This document shows, piece by piece, positions 48,389 through 57,721 of a DNA stretch of 64,000 nucleotides. The notes beneath the pieces were generated by a model. The model made no database searches, was not told the origin of the DNA, and saw only the letters and a list, made by a program, of their open reading frames with translations. The translations under genes and the position numbers were made by a program. Source of the stretch: an uncultured Candidatus Saccharibacteria bacterium (GTDB taxonomy: Bacteria > Patescibacteriota > Minisyncoccia > Phycocordibacterales > DAORIS01); assembly GCA_964644035.1 (NCBI GenBank), contig CAZXUH010000002.1, forward strand, positions 756 to 64,755, written 5' to 3'. The stretch's first letter is position 1, and every line of letters begins with the position of its first letter.

Positions 48389-48709
48389 CTAACGAATGAC
48401 TGCATTCCAGTCGTATCCGCAGTCGCTACAGTGGAGGGGACAGGTGCCTTCTTCAGGTGGACCGGCTGTTTGCCATGATTTTTGACCACATTGAGGACAT
48501 TTTGTACCGGATTTTTCCAGTCTGATCCTCAGCATGCAGGTGTTTATGACCATGGCGATGATAACCACCAGTCCGAGTGTTCCTGAGCAAAGTACGACTT
48601 TGCTATTGAGGTTCATTTTTCCGCTTGCCCAATATACAAAAGAGACAAGGACCACGACCAAAAGAATGAACTTAAGTTCAGACTTGATCGACTTCAGAAT
48701 TGTTTTCAT
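48389..48709 (-). CDS. membrane-anchored zinc-ribbon protein
   Basis: Two TM helices, then C-terminal CPQCG...CPLHCSDCGYDW cysteine pairs. Confidence 0.5.
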   Translation of the reverse strand: MKTILKSIKSELKFILLVVVLVSFVYWASGKMNLNSKVVLCSGTLGLVVIIAMVINTCMLRIRLEKSGTKCPQCGQKSWQTAGPPEEGTCPLHCSDCGYDWNAVIR

Positions 48710-48785
48710 AGAGAACCTACCTTTCTGGTCAAAAGGTTAGCATGAAAACAGGGGAAAACAAGCGCTATTTCTTTGTCCCCCCGTT

Positions 48786-48857
48786 AGGAATCGAACCTAA
48801 ATTTAGAGATCCGCAATCTCTTGTCCTATCCATTGAACGACGAGGAGTGTACGTCGA
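48786..48857 (-). tRNA. tRNA-Arg (anticodon read as GCG; isotype needs confirmation)
   Basis: Minus-strand cloverleaf: acceptor CTCCTCG/CGGGGGG (two G-U pairs), anticodon stem AGAGA/TCTCT with loop TTGCGGA, T-arm TTAGG-TTCGATT-CCTAA. Confidence 0.65.
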
Positions 48858-48903
48858 AAGACTAGCATATTTTATATTTTTTCCAAAACAAAACGTCTGA
48901 AAC

Positions 48904-49365
48904 CTAGAATCCTAGATGATTGAGTAGTTTGTGAAGAAAGGGCTCTGGATGATCATCTTCTTTGAGATGTTTCTTGATTTCTGAATCGACAAGGAAAGGA
49001 TCAGCACCGTCCATGCGAATAATAATAAGCGGCATGAAAAACTTTTTTGATTTGAGGATCAGTTTTGGATCGGTGTCTTTGTTTTCTATATGATATGAAT
49101 CGAGACTTTCAAAAAGGTATGCTTTTTTATCTACCCTGATGCCGATATTGCCTAGTTCAACCTCGATTACCTGAGGTTCTTTATTTGAATAGTAGGCTAG
49201 AAGATATACGCTGAGACCAACGACGATTCCGAAAAGGGTATTGTCGAGCATGATGCAAATAATAATAATTGCAATCGTAATGATGCCTACAACCCAGAAC
49301 CAGTCGCTGGAATTTTTCTTCGGCTCATGTTCATACGCCTCCCAAAGAATAGAATCTTCATTCAT
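48904..49365 (-). CDS. hypothetical membrane protein
   Basis: 153 aa. Two TM helices near the N-terminus (WFWVVGIITIAIIIICIML / LFGIVVGLSVYLLAYY). Confidence 0.45.
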   Translation of the reverse strand: MNEDSILWEAYEHEPKKNSSDWFWVVGIITIAIIIICIMLDNTLFGIVVGLSVYLLAYYSNKEPQVIEVELGNIGIRVDKKAYLFESLDSYHIENKDTDPKLILKSKKFFMPLIIIRMDGADPFLVDSEIKKHLKEDDHPEPFLHKLLNHLGF

Positions 49366-49437
49366 GGATATAGTGTACCATTTTTAATTTCGTCCGAGAG
49401 GGAAGGGTGTGAATACTGAACAGATTTTGGAGACAGT

Positions 49438-49803
49438 CTACTGAACCTGATCCTTTTTAGGTACAGCAAGAGCGAGCGCAGCACCTAGAAGTCCGAAGTC
49501 TCTGACAGCTGTTGCGCTAAGACCACCTTTAACGATCAAAGAAAGGACGATTTGAGCGAGCATAAGAGCAAGAATCGAAGCTGCAGCACGAACATAGAGC
49601 TTGGCAATCAAGGCTATGCCCAAAACGCAGAGCACGATTCCGTGAATAAGAACCAATGTGGTGAGCGGCAAGATGCTACCCATAAATGGTGGAACAAATG
49701 TGACCCACATTTGAGGCGATATGATTTCTGATGAACCGAACCATAGTACTACTAAGCCGAGAAAGACACGAAGGATGAGTTGAGCAGTGATTCTTTGTGA
49801 CAT
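49438..49803 (-). CDS. hypothetical 4-TM membrane protein (DoxX-like topology)
   Basis: 121 aa and hydrophobic throughout. Confidence 0.45.
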   Translation of the reverse strand: MSQRITAQLILRVFLGLVVLWFGSSEIISPQMWVTFVPPFMGSILPLTTLVLIHGIVLCVLGIALIAKLYVRAAASILALMLAQIVLSLIVKGGLSATAVRDFGLLGAALALAVPKKDQVQ

Positions 49804-50003
49804 ATATTTATTAATTAATTATTTCTAAATACCGTCTAATGTGTAAATAGTACCACGTTCTGCAAGGGAATATGACAAGACAAAGTTGCAGACATCTCCT
49901 ATTTTGCTAAGATGCGTTCATCTATTGAGTATATAGATTGGAGGAGTGGACCGCCTACGCTCCTAACGGAGCTTCGTCGGTCAAAGCAGAGTGGTCTAGA
50001 ATT

Positions 50004-50090
50004 GGAGGAGTGGCAGAGTGGTCTATCGCACTTGTCTTGAAAACAAGAGGGCTGGCAACGGTCCCGTGAGTTCGAATCTCACCTCCTCCG
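50004..50090 (+). tRNA. tRNA-Ser (anticodon UGA)
   Basis: Acceptor GGAGGAG/CTCCTCC, anticodon stem CTTGT/ACAAG with loop CTTGAAA, a long variable arm, and T-arm GTGAG-TTCGAAT-CTCAC. Confidence 0.85.
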
Positions 50091-50138
50091 CCTTCGCCTC
50101 GCCGGAGTCCTTCTAGGACGAAGGCGGGGCTTTAGTTT
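50090..50138 (+). terminator. GC-rich hairpin downstream of tRNA-Ser (weak T-tract)
   Basis: GCCTTCG...CGAAGGC stem, then GGGGCTTTAGTTT. Confidence 0.4.
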
Positions 50139-50218
50139 CGGCTCGGCTTCGGCGAGATGAAATCCGCTCGTTGCCTTTACTTGGTTTACGAGTAGTATAC
50201 GAATCAGAAAGGAGTTGA

Positions 50219-50548
50219 ATGAATATCATTCCTATCGGAATTCTTGTTTTACTGATCCTGCTTTTGTTTGTTTCGAGACTTTGTCAAAGGTTCTTAAACA
50301 GGAGGAGAGCGATAAAAAGGGAAGGTGAAGGTTGTTGCACGGTGTGCGGATATGACCTTAGGGAATCTTCTAGAACATGTCCCGAATGTGGCGCGCCAGC
50401 TAACCCTTACAACCTCTCAAACCCACACTGTGGAGCGAGTGGTTGCGGCTATCTGACTGTTCGCTATGGCAATGAGTGCAAATGTCCCAATTGCGGAAAG
50501 TGGTGCGTATGGAAAGAAAATAAATATAGTGAAGTACAAGCCGAGTAG
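50219..50548 (+). CDS. membrane-anchored Cys-rich double zinc-ribbon protein
   Basis: N-terminal TM, then CCTVCGYDL...CPECG and CGASGCG...CKCPNCGKWC. It shares the C..CGYD motif with the 48389-48709 product. Confidence 0.45.
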   Translation: MNIIPIGILVLLILLLFVSRLCQRFLNRRRAIKREGEGCCTVCGYDLRESSRTCPECGAPANPYNLSNPHCGASGCGYLTVRYGNECKCPNCGKWCVWKENKYSEVQAE

Positions 50549-50595
50549 CATATGCGAAAGGCTTTTTTTATTTCCCAAAACCACCATCACTTCTC

Positions 50596-51699
50596 ATGAT
50601 AGGATATTTTTATATGAAACATGCTCGCTCGAGGCTGATTGCAATGTTTCTTCTTATTTTTTCTATTAGTTGTATCGTTCAAGGAAGTTTGTGGTCATAT
50701 GCCGAATATACAGACGAGGGGATATGGACTTCTGCAGTCGAGAGATTTTTACAGGGAGTACAAATCACCATCGATGATCCAGAATACGGCTATCCTGCAA
50801 CTACTCTTCTCTTGCCAGCACGTGCATTTGTAGCTGCAGGCATGAGTGTTTCTTCATCGGTAGTAGCAACCATGACAGTATTGATATCTATTTTGATATC
50901 TTGCATTGGACTTATTACATATGTATTGAGACCAAAGAGGTTGTGGTGGCTTACGGTCACTGGCTGGCTCATATTTCACAGTCTATATACCGATGCCACA
51001 CCTCCTTCAGCGCTATTTTCGCTATTCTTTGTGCTTATTGCTCTAACTTTGCTTTATATTAAAGAACGTCAGATACAAACTGCATTACCTTTTGTTTTTT
51101 TAGGTATTGCCAATGGTCTTGCTCTAGCAACACGCCTCGATATGGCATTGTTTTTACTTGTCGGCGAAGCATTGTTTCTATGGTTTATTGATAAAAAGAA
51201 GACTTGGATGGTTGTTTTAATATCTGGAGCACTATTTTTACTTCTCGATTTTCATATGTGGACAATGCCGATTGAATATATAACTGGTATTTACCATAAA
51301 ATTCACTATCACTACGCATTCAAAAGCTCATCCACGTCACTTTTACGTATTCTTATGATGTCGCCGCTTGGTGTACTGTCACTATTTTTATCTGGGGCAT
51401 TACTTTATATCTCAAAAAAAGAATTTCCATTACCAAAAACATTTTGGTTATGGCTAATGGGTACCACTGTTGCTCTCGGGGGAGCGTTGTATTCATCTGA
51501 CTATCACCCAAGCTGGTATTTCTATCCATTGTTCTTTGTATGGGAAGTATTTTTTCCTCTTTTCCTACTTACTGCACTCGAAAAAGTTAAAACACCTCCA
51601 TCTCTGGCTTGGTTTACACAAAATATATTGAAATACACCTTCGTTTTTCTATTAATAGCTGCACAGATAATGGCGTTGTTGGTCTATGTATCTAAGTAG
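50596..51699 (+). CDS. polytopic membrane protein (GT-C-like glycosyltransferase topology, family uncertain)
   Basis: 367 aa with roughly 10 TM helices and no soluble domain. It resembles ArnT/PMT-type lipid-linked sugar transferases only in topology. Confidence 0.45.
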   Translation: MIGYFYMKHARSRLIAMFLLIFSISCIVQGSLWSYAEYTDEGIWTSAVERFLQGVQITIDDPEYGYPATTLLLPARAFVAAGMSVSSSVVATMTVLISILISCIGLITYVLRPKRLWWLTVTGWLIFHSLYTDATPPSALFSLFFVLIALTLLYIKERQIQTALPFVFLGIANGLALATRLDMALFLLVGEALFLWFIDKKKTWMVVLISGALFLLLDFHMWTMPIEYITGIYHKIHYHYAFKSSSTSLLRILMMSPLGVLSLFLSGALLYISKKEFPLPKTFWLWLMGTTVALGGALYSSDYHPSWYFYPLFFVWEVFFPLFLLTALEKVKTPPSLAWFTQNILKYTFVFLLIAAQIMALLVYVSK

Positions 51700-51780
51700 A
51701 AGTATTTGTTGATAGTACTCACACTTGTCTAAAAGTCTGGTATAATGCTGGGAAGCAGTTTTATAAGTAATAAAAAACAC

Positions 51781-52035
51781 ATGCCAAAGAGTAATTCCGC
51801 GTTTATGAAGCCGATGAATGTAAGTGAGGATCTAGCAGCCGTAGTCGGCAAAGGTCCTATGCCTCGATCAGAAGTAGTCAAGGCACTATGGGTATACATT
51901 AAGAAGAATAATCTTCAGGATGCTAAGAATAAGCGTAACATCAATGCTGATGCCAACCTTAAGAAGGTCTTCGACGGCAAGGCGACGGTTTCTATGTTTG
52001 AAATGACAAAGCTCGTTTCAAAACATCTCTCATAA
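51781..52035 (+). CDS. SWIB/MDM2-domain protein
   Basis: ...PSEDLAAVVGKGPMPRSEVVKALWVYIKKNNLQDAKNKRNINADANLKKVF...FEMTKLVSKHL matches the SWIB consensus. The start is taken at MPKSN. Confidence 0.65.
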   Translation: MPKSNSAFMKPMNVSEDLAAVVGKGPMPRSEVVKALWVYIKKNNLQDAKNKRNINADANLKKVFDGKATVSMFEMTKLVSKHLS

Positions 52036-52042
52036 ACCCTCT

Positions 52043-52077
52043 CTTCTAAGATAAAAACCCGCTTGATGTATCTTCAG
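52043..52077. terminator. bidirectional Rho-independent terminator
   Basis: AAAACCCGC-ttgatgtatcttcag-GCGGGTTTTT. Confidence 0.75.
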
Positions 52078-52106
52078 GCGGGTTTTTACGTTCCTATACT
52101 ATATTT

Positions 52107-52412
52107 CTACTGAGTAGGGGAAGTGTTCTTTGCGAGATCAGCCTTGATCTTGTCTTCCTTTGGTTTTGCGATGGAGTATATGTAGAAGATTTCAAGTAAA
52201 CCAAAGAGGTTTACGAGAAGCAATACGATAAACCAGTTTCTATCATAGAGGCGAGCGGCCTTCCATAGGGCTCTACCTTTCCAATACAGTGACCACACGA
52301 TAACAGCTAGCCAAACGATGGCAAATAGCACACCAAGCGGCGTTGTGAGAGCCTCAGGGCTCATTGTCTTGTGAAATGTGTAATTCATAAACTCATGATA
52401 GCATAAAACCAA
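52107..52412 (-). CDS. hypothetical small 2-TM membrane protein
   Basis: 101 aa with two hydrophobic helices. Confidence 0.4.
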   Translation of the reverse strand: MVLCYHEFMNYTFHKTMSPEALTTPLGVLFAIVWLAVIVWSLYWKGRALWKAARLYDRNWFIVLLLVNLFGLLEIFYIYSIAKPKEDKIKADLAKNTSPTQ

Positions 52413-52413
52413 T

Positions 52414-52803
52414 ATGGCATATATTTCGATAGATTACGGCAAAAAACGCATAGGAGTAGCATATTCCGATGAGTCCAACAGTATTGCCATGCCTCACGAT
52501 GTGGTCGCTAATGATAAAAATGTCACCAAAGAGATAGAAAAGATACTACTTGAGAAAAAACCCGATAAAATCATCATTGGACGTTCGGTAGACTTCAAAG
52601 GAAAGCCCAATAAGATACAAAAAGACATAGAGATATTTAAAAAAGAACTTAAAAAGTTATCAAAGAATGTTGAAATCATCGATCAGGACGAATTTCTCAC
52701 TTCAGCACATGTAGAAATGAAAAATGACATGCTCGATGCATCGGCAGCGGCACTGATACTGCAAAGATATCTAGAAACAGAAAAATATAATACATCAAAA
52801 TGA
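52414..52803 (+). CDS. ruvX: putative pre-16S rRNA nuclease YqgF/RuvX (RuvC-like resolvase fold)
   Basis: MAYISIDYGKKRIGVAYSD... is the typical YqgF N-terminus. 129 aa. Confidence 0.8.
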   Translation: MAYISIDYGKKRIGVAYSDESNSIAMPHDVVANDKNVTKEIEKILLEKKPDKIIIGRSVDFKGKPNKIQKDIEIFKKELKKLSKNVEIIDQDEFLTSAHVEMKNDMLDASAAALILQRYLETEKYNTSK

Positions 52804-53123
52804 TCAATATAGACGATTTCACAAAAGTAGAACTAACTGTAGGCAAGGTGCTGACTGTTGAAAAGGTGCCAGAGACCGACAAACTTCTTAAATTGTCGGT
52901 AGATTTTGGGGAATTGGGTCAGAGACAGGTAATTTCGGGTATTGCGCTTTACATAGCCGATCATCAAACACTCGTGGGTAAGCATATTGGCTTCGTAACA
53001 AACCTTGAACCAAGAACTATCAAAGGACTTGAAAGTCAGGCTATGATTTTGGCTGCTGGAGGGGTAGAACAGTTCTCCCCAGCCATATTTGAGGGAATAG
53101 CACCTGGCACACGCATCAAATAA
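52800..53123 (+). CDS. tRNA-binding domain protein (CsaA/Trbp111/EMAP-like OB fold)
   Basis: ...FTKVELTVGKVLTVEKVPETDKLLKLSVDFGELGQRQVISGIA... follows the tRNA_bind pattern. Confidence 0.75.
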   Translation: MINIDDFTKVELTVGKVLTVEKVPETDKLLKLSVDFGELGQRQVISGIALYIADHQTLVGKHIGFVTNLEPRTIKGLESQAMILAAGGVEQFSPAIFEGIAPGTRIK

Positions 53124-53140
53124 TGCGGTATACTTAGTGC

Positions 53141-54214
53141 ATGAGTGCTCTTGAATCTATCTTTAAATTTTTTCCTCCACCTGCATTGTTGACCATGCGT
53201 CACAGCGGTATTGCACTTTCGGACACAGGTATCTACATGGTTCGCTTCCAAGACAAATTTGGCGCCAGTCACAAGCTCGACGCACATTTTTTTGAACCGC
53301 TTGCTCCAGGAATTATCAAGTCAGGTACGATAGAGAAGCCAGAAGAGCTCATTACTGTTCTTAAGAAAGTAAAAAAGCAATACAATATCGATTTCGTCGC
53401 CGTTTCTATACCCGATGAAAAGGCATACATCTTTCATACGACAGTTCCACATCAGGAAAATATGAATCTGACCGATGTTGTGGCATTTAAAATACAAGAA
53501 ACAGTGCCGGTGTCTGGTCCCAATGCTGTTTTCGATTTCACCGTTATCAATACTTCTCCTCAGGGTGTAGAAATAGTGGTCAGAGTGGTGCATCAAAAGG
53601 CCGTCTTGGCATATTCAAGTGTTTTTGAAGCGGCCGGTATGAGGCCAACGCTTTTCAAGATCGAATCTCAGGCTGTAGCAGACGCCATTTGTGCTCCCGA
53701 TGATACTGATCCGCACATTGTCATTCACATGGAGCCTGTTAAGACAGTATGCATGATTGTTGAGAGGCGAGCGGTGATCTTTTCTATTGTGATCGATGTT
53801 GGTACCGATGCATTTGTCGAAGCGGTCAAGAAAACGTTTTCTGTCGATACCAATGGCGCTCGCGATATCATTAAAGGTGAGCACGGTACGGTAAAATCTC
53901 ACGAAGAAATATTTTTTGCTGTTACCAATATTATTTCTATCATTCGAGATCAGGTCATTAAGCTTCAGGAATACTGGAATACCAAGGAAAATTCTGACCG
54001 AGCTATCAATTCTCTTATTATTTCTGGCTTTCCAGCATGTCTCGATGGTTTTGCGCATTATCTTGAGATGAGTACAGAAATCACGTCAAAGGTCGGCAAT
54101 GTCTGGGAAAATGCTTTCTCAGTCAATAAACAAGTGCCCAATATTACTTTCGCTGAAGCGCTCGACTATGCTCCAGCTATCGGTTTGGCATTGCCGCACG
54201 CTCTTCATTTTTAA
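53141..54214 (+). CDS. pilM: type IV pilus assembly protein PilM (actin-like ATPase fold)
   Basis: 357 aa with an actin/HSP70-like fold pattern, followed by PilN/PilO-like single-TM genes. Confidence 0.65.
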   Translation: MSALESIFKFFPPPALLTMRHSGIALSDTGIYMVRFQDKFGASHKLDAHFFEPLAPGIIKSGTIEKPEELITVLKKVKKQYNIDFVAVSIPDEKAYIFHTTVPHQENMNLTDVVAFKIQETVPVSGPNAVFDFTVINTSPQGVEIVVRVVHQKAVLAYSSVFEAAGMRPTLFKIESQAVADAICAPDDTDPHIVIHMEPVKTVCMIVERRAVIFSIVIDVGTDAFVEAVKKTFSVDTNGARDIIKGEHGTVKSHEEIFFAVTNIISIIRDQVIKLQEYWNTKENSDRAINSLIISGFPACLDGFAHYLEMSTEITSKVGNVWENAFSVNKQVPNITFAEALDYAPAIGLALPHALHF

Positions 54215-54220
54215 ATTTCA

Positions 54221-54748
54221 ATGTTCAATCTTCTTGTAGAATCAGAAAAGAAAATTTTGCGCAAAGAATATGCGTGGCGTCGTTCGATTGTGTACCTTCT
54301 TGGTCTCGTCGGAGTAGTGTTTGTCTCTTTGATACTCCTTATACCTGTCTATGTCGTGTCGTATTACAAAATACTTTCGGCAAATATTGCTCATGACACG
54401 ATTATCGATAAAGAACATCCGACAGAACAGTCATATATTGGTGATATTAAGCGCATTAATGGTTTGCTGACAGTGCTCAAAGATACACCAACCATTTCTA
54501 CTGCTGATTTGGTAGAAAAAATAGTCGATGCACGACCACGTGGTATCAAACTCATATCGATTGCATATACAAAAAGCGATTCGATCGTACTTAAGCTCGA
54601 AGGAATAGCGGGGGATAGAGATGGACTGCGTGCATTTACAAAATCACTTTCGGAAATTCAGGGATTTACGGTTGAAGAATTGCCGATATCCGATTTCGTA
54701 CGTGATACGAAGATTCCTTTTACGATAAATATTGCTGTAAAAATATAA
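54221..54748 (+). CDS. pilN: PilN-like bitopic membrane protein
   Basis: The N-terminal TM (VYLLGLVGVVFVSLILLIPVYVV) with a periplasmic domain, in position after pilM. Confidence 0.5.
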   Translation: MFNLLVESEKKILRKEYAWRRSIVYLLGLVGVVFVSLILLIPVYVVSYYKILSANIAHDTIIDKEHPTEQSYIGDIKRINGLLTVLKDTPTISTADLVEKIVDARPRGIKLISIAYTKSDSIVLKLEGIAGDRDGLRAFTKSLSEIQGFTVEELPISDFVRDTKIPFTINIAVKI

Positions 54749-54752
54749 TCAC

Positions 54753-55295
54753 ATGCATTTCAATCTCACGCGCAACACGTTTCTCATTCTGACCATTATT
54801 TTGGTGGTGCTTGCTGGTGCCTATACTGGGCTGTATTTTTACATACACAGCATGCACAATAAGATCAACAACATCAATCAAGAAATTGCATTCCAGGAAA
54901 GAATACAAAGTCAGGAAGCATCACTCAAATTTTTGGCCAAAGATATCGCTCCCAATTTGGAAACGCTCGAATCATACGTAATTTCTTCCGAAGATGATAT
55001 TGAATTTATAAAATATCTTGAAAATTTGGGTAAAGAGGAAGGGGTTAATTTGAAAATAGTTTCTGCAACCGAAAGTGAAGAAAATGAATTCAAAAAAATT
55101 GTCTTTCAAGTCATGATAGAAGGCAGTTGGTCGCGCACCATTCATTTTGTCGATTTACTTGAGTCGATACCGTATAAAATGGTTGTGCAAGAGGTCAGAC
55201 TTGAACAGCTCGACGCAAGTAGCGATGGATCTGCAGCTAGCGGATCGCGCAATTGGCGTGCAGCAATGCAATTTTCGGTCGTAAAACAAAAATAA
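54753..55295 (+). CDS. pilO: PilO-like bitopic membrane protein
   Basis: Single N-terminal TM followed by a coiled-coil region, in position after pilN. Confidence 0.45.
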   Translation: MHFNLTRNTFLILTIILVVLAGAYTGLYFYIHSMHNKINNINQEIAFQERIQSQEASLKFLAKDIAPNLETLESYVISSEDDIEFIKYLENLGKEEGVNLKIVSATESEENEFKKIVFQVMIEGSWSRTIHFVDLLESIPYKMVVQEVRLEQLDASSDGSAASGSRNWRAAMQFSVVKQK

Positions 55296-55296
55296 T

Positions 55297-55599
55297 ATGA
55301 AATTTTCTTTTCACCGCCATCACAAAGAGTCTCTGTATCACCATGCGTTTCATGTCTATCGCGATTGGACAATACTTTTGGTGTGCGTCGTCGTCTTGTC
55401 GACGATAAGTGTCATGTTTCATGCATATATGTTTTACAATGCGCAGGATGATTCTTCGGTCATGCTTGGTGAGCCGACGAGCCAGCTGACGGTTGATCGT
55501 GAGCAACTCAAACAGGTCATGGATAGCTATGCGCAGCTGGAAACAGATTTCGAGCTGAAAAAGCAGGGTTCGACTGGTATTGTTGACCCGTCTGTGTAG
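55297..55599 (+). CDS. hypothetical single-TM protein downstream of pilO
   Basis: 100 aa with one TM (ILLVCVVVLSTISVMF). It could be a PilP-like accessory protein, but no motif was recognised. Confidence 0.35.
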   Translation: MKFSFHRHHKESLYHHAFHVYRDWTILLVCVVVLSTISVMFHAYMFYNAQDDSSVMLGEPTSQLTVDREQLKQVMDSYAQLETDFELKKQGSTGIVDPSV

Positions 55600-55690
55600 C
55601 CCTGCTAAAGTTCGTTTGTCACTCTATTTCTGTTGGTTATTCTTGTAGCTTCCTCCTGCGGAGGATAAGCAATAGAGTAGAGTAATATAT

Positions 55691-55762
55691 GCCCTTGTAG
55701 CTCAATGGATAGAGCAGCGCTCTTCTAAGGCGTTGATGCGGGTTCGATTCCTGCCGGGGGCA
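55691..55762 (+). tRNA. tRNA-Arg (anticodon UCU)
   Basis: Acceptor GCCCTTG/CGGGGGC (two G-U pairs), anticodon loop CTTCTAA, T-arm GCGGG-TTCGATT-CCTGC. Confidence 0.8.
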
Positions 55763-55795
55763 CATTTTTCGAAACTAGGTTAGAATTGGGGTACT

Positions 55796-56245
55796 ATGGC
55801 AGAAGAAAAAAAGAGGGTCGGGGCAGGATTTGGAGTAATACTCGAGAAAGATGGAAAGATTCTTCTTGGTATGAGACATCCCGATCCAGACAAAGCTGAT
55901 TCGGCATTTAGAAGTGCGGGAGAGTGGTCTTTGCCGGGAGGAAAAATGGAATGGGGCGAATCATTTGAAGAAGGTGCGATTCGCGAAGTAAAAGAAGAGA
56001 CGGGCATTACTATCAAAAATCCTCAAGTGATTTCGGTGCACAATTGCAAAAATGAGCATGCACACTTTATGACAGTAGGATTGCTTGCTCATGAATGGAC
56101 AGGGGAGGCTTCGGTCATGGAACCGGATGAAATGATTGACTGGCAATGGTTTGATATAAACGACTTGCCACAACCGCGCTATTTCCCAAGTTTCGAAGTT
56201 ATCGGTAATTATCTTCAGAAGAAGTTTTATATTCAGAGAAAATAA
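55796..56245 (+). CDS. NUDIX hydrolase
   Basis: Nudix box ...GGKMEWGESFEEGAIREVKEETGI.... 149 aa. Confidence 0.8.
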   Translation: MAEEKKRVGAGFGVILEKDGKILLGMRHPDPDKADSAFRSAGEWSLPGGKMEWGESFEEGAIREVKEETGITIKNPQVISVHNCKNEHAHFMTVGLLAHEWTGEASVMEPDEMIDWQWFDINDLPQPRYFPSFEVIGNYLQKKFYIQRK

Positions 56246-56293
56246 AACCCATCACTTTCGTAATGGGTTTTGAATCGAGTTTGTGCAGACATT

Positions 56294-56539
56294 CTAGCTG
56301 CGCCACCAGTTCTCAAATATTGCGCGTTTGATCTGGAAACTTACCAATATCAAACCTGCAATTATAGGAAGACAGGCAAGTGCTATTCCTGGGATAGAAA
56401 GAATCTCACCCCAATGCGTGTACACATCGCGGCTGGCTTTGCCGACAATCATTAAGATGCCAGCAATGACTGTGATGATGCCGACAATGCTCAGCGCAAT
56501 CGCAAATACAATACTGCGTCCTCTTTTGCATAGAGCCAT
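56294..56539 (-). CDS. hypothetical small 2-TM membrane protein
   Basis: 81 aa with two hydrophobic helices. Confidence 0.35.
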   Translation of the reverse strand: MALCKRGRSIVFAIALSIVGIITVIAGILMIVGKASRDVYTHWGEILSIPGIALACLPIIAGLILVSFQIKRAIFENWWRS

Positions 56540-56653
56540 GCAAGATCTCCTTGTAAGAGTTTCTATACAAAGACTAACGGGAATAGAAATAAAAGCAAAC
56601 AGCCTATTGTATAAATTGATCGACGTCGCTTAATGTGATAATCTCATCGTACC

Positions 56654-56726
56654 GCGCGATTAGCTCAGTTGGTAGAGCAATTCGTTTACACCGAAAAGGT
56701 CGGGGGTTCGAGTCCCTCATCGCGCA
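56654..56726 (+). tRNA. tRNA-Val (anticodon UAC)
   Basis: Acceptor GCGCGAT/ATCGCGC, anticodon loop TTTACAC, T-arm GGGGG-TTCGAGT-CCCTC. Confidence 0.85.
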
Positions 56727-56730
56727 CAAC

Positions 56731-56759
56731 AATACTGCAACTTTATTGCAGTATTTTGC
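56731..56759 (+). terminator. Rho-independent terminator after tRNA-Val
   Basis: AATACTGCAA-cttta-TTGCAGTATT followed by TTGCT. Confidence 0.65.
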
Positions 56760-56804
56760 TATTTAAGTAGTATTTAAATCAGAAATTTAACCTTGGAGGT
56801 ATTC

Positions 56805-57620
56805 ATGAGACCTGATCCAGCACGTCAGACATTACCCGCGTGGTATGAAATAGGGGTAAAAGATGCGAAGACTCTTGTTATTCGTATCCATATCGTGGCC
56901 ATGGAATATCTGAAAACGTATTCCTTTGCACAAGCGCCGGTCGTCAAAGATTTCTTGGAGGTATACAAACTCAAACCTTTTATTGAGTCTTCCGATGAAT
57001 GCTGGGGGTTTGGCGGTATTCTCATTCGAACAGAATCACAAGACCCTGCATGGCTTGTGTACGAATGTAGTTTGCCAGTGCTCCGCGAAGAAAAGGAATC
57101 TGATCTTGAAATGCAAGATGAACGTTCTGACGTTTGTACTCTAAGATCAACCTTGTCGGTTCTTTTTCAGGTTCTATGGCTCTTTGATGGTGATACGAAG
57201 TCTTCCTTGCCACAACTGATGGTTATTGAGTATTTACGAGTGGAGGCTGATATATATGGTGGTGCAATTGGCGTAACTCTCACGCCTTCGGTGGCGAAAT
57301 GGCTTTCAAAAATTCCTGACGATAATCTTCTTTTGGAAGTGCAGGAAGCCATGATGCAAGCAGATGCGCATATGTGGAGAGACAAAAGGTTTCCTCAATC
57401 TGCTCATTATTTCCGCGCATGGTGTCGCCAGCCAAAATGGATCAACATTTCTGTTCCAGGTAATGCATGTGGTCTTGATCCGAGTGACTATTACAGTGAC
57501 TCACTTGATCATGGTTACAAACTTTCTCCGCACAACACCGACAGTTCTTTGCAGCAGCTGACCCTTCTAATAGGTTTGGCAAAACTTCATGATCTTGTCC
57601 GAAAAGATTCAGGCCCTTGA
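56805..57620 (+). CDS. hypothetical protein (GC-rich gene)
   Basis: ~271 aa from MRPDPARQ. No family recognised and composition differs from the surroundings. Confidence 0.4.
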   Translation: MRPDPARQTLPAWYEIGVKDAKTLVIRIHIVAMEYLKTYSFAQAPVVKDFLEVYKLKPFIESSDECWGFGGILIRTESQDPAWLVYECSLPVLREEKESDLEMQDERSDVCTLRSTLSVLFQVLWLFDGDTKSSLPQLMVIEYLRVEADIYGGAIGVTLTPSVAKWLSKIPDDNLLLEVQEAMMQADAHMWRDKRFPQSAHYFRAWCRQPKWINISVPGNACGLDPSDYYSDSLDHGYKLSPHNTDSSLQQLTLLIGLAKLHDLVRKDSGP

Positions 57621-57721
57621 GCAACTGCTCGGGGGTCTTTTTATATAGTTTTTCTTTAGACTTTATGATAACTTGCACTCGGATCTGAACGAGAATACAA
57701 CTCATTTACAGGAGAATCTAT

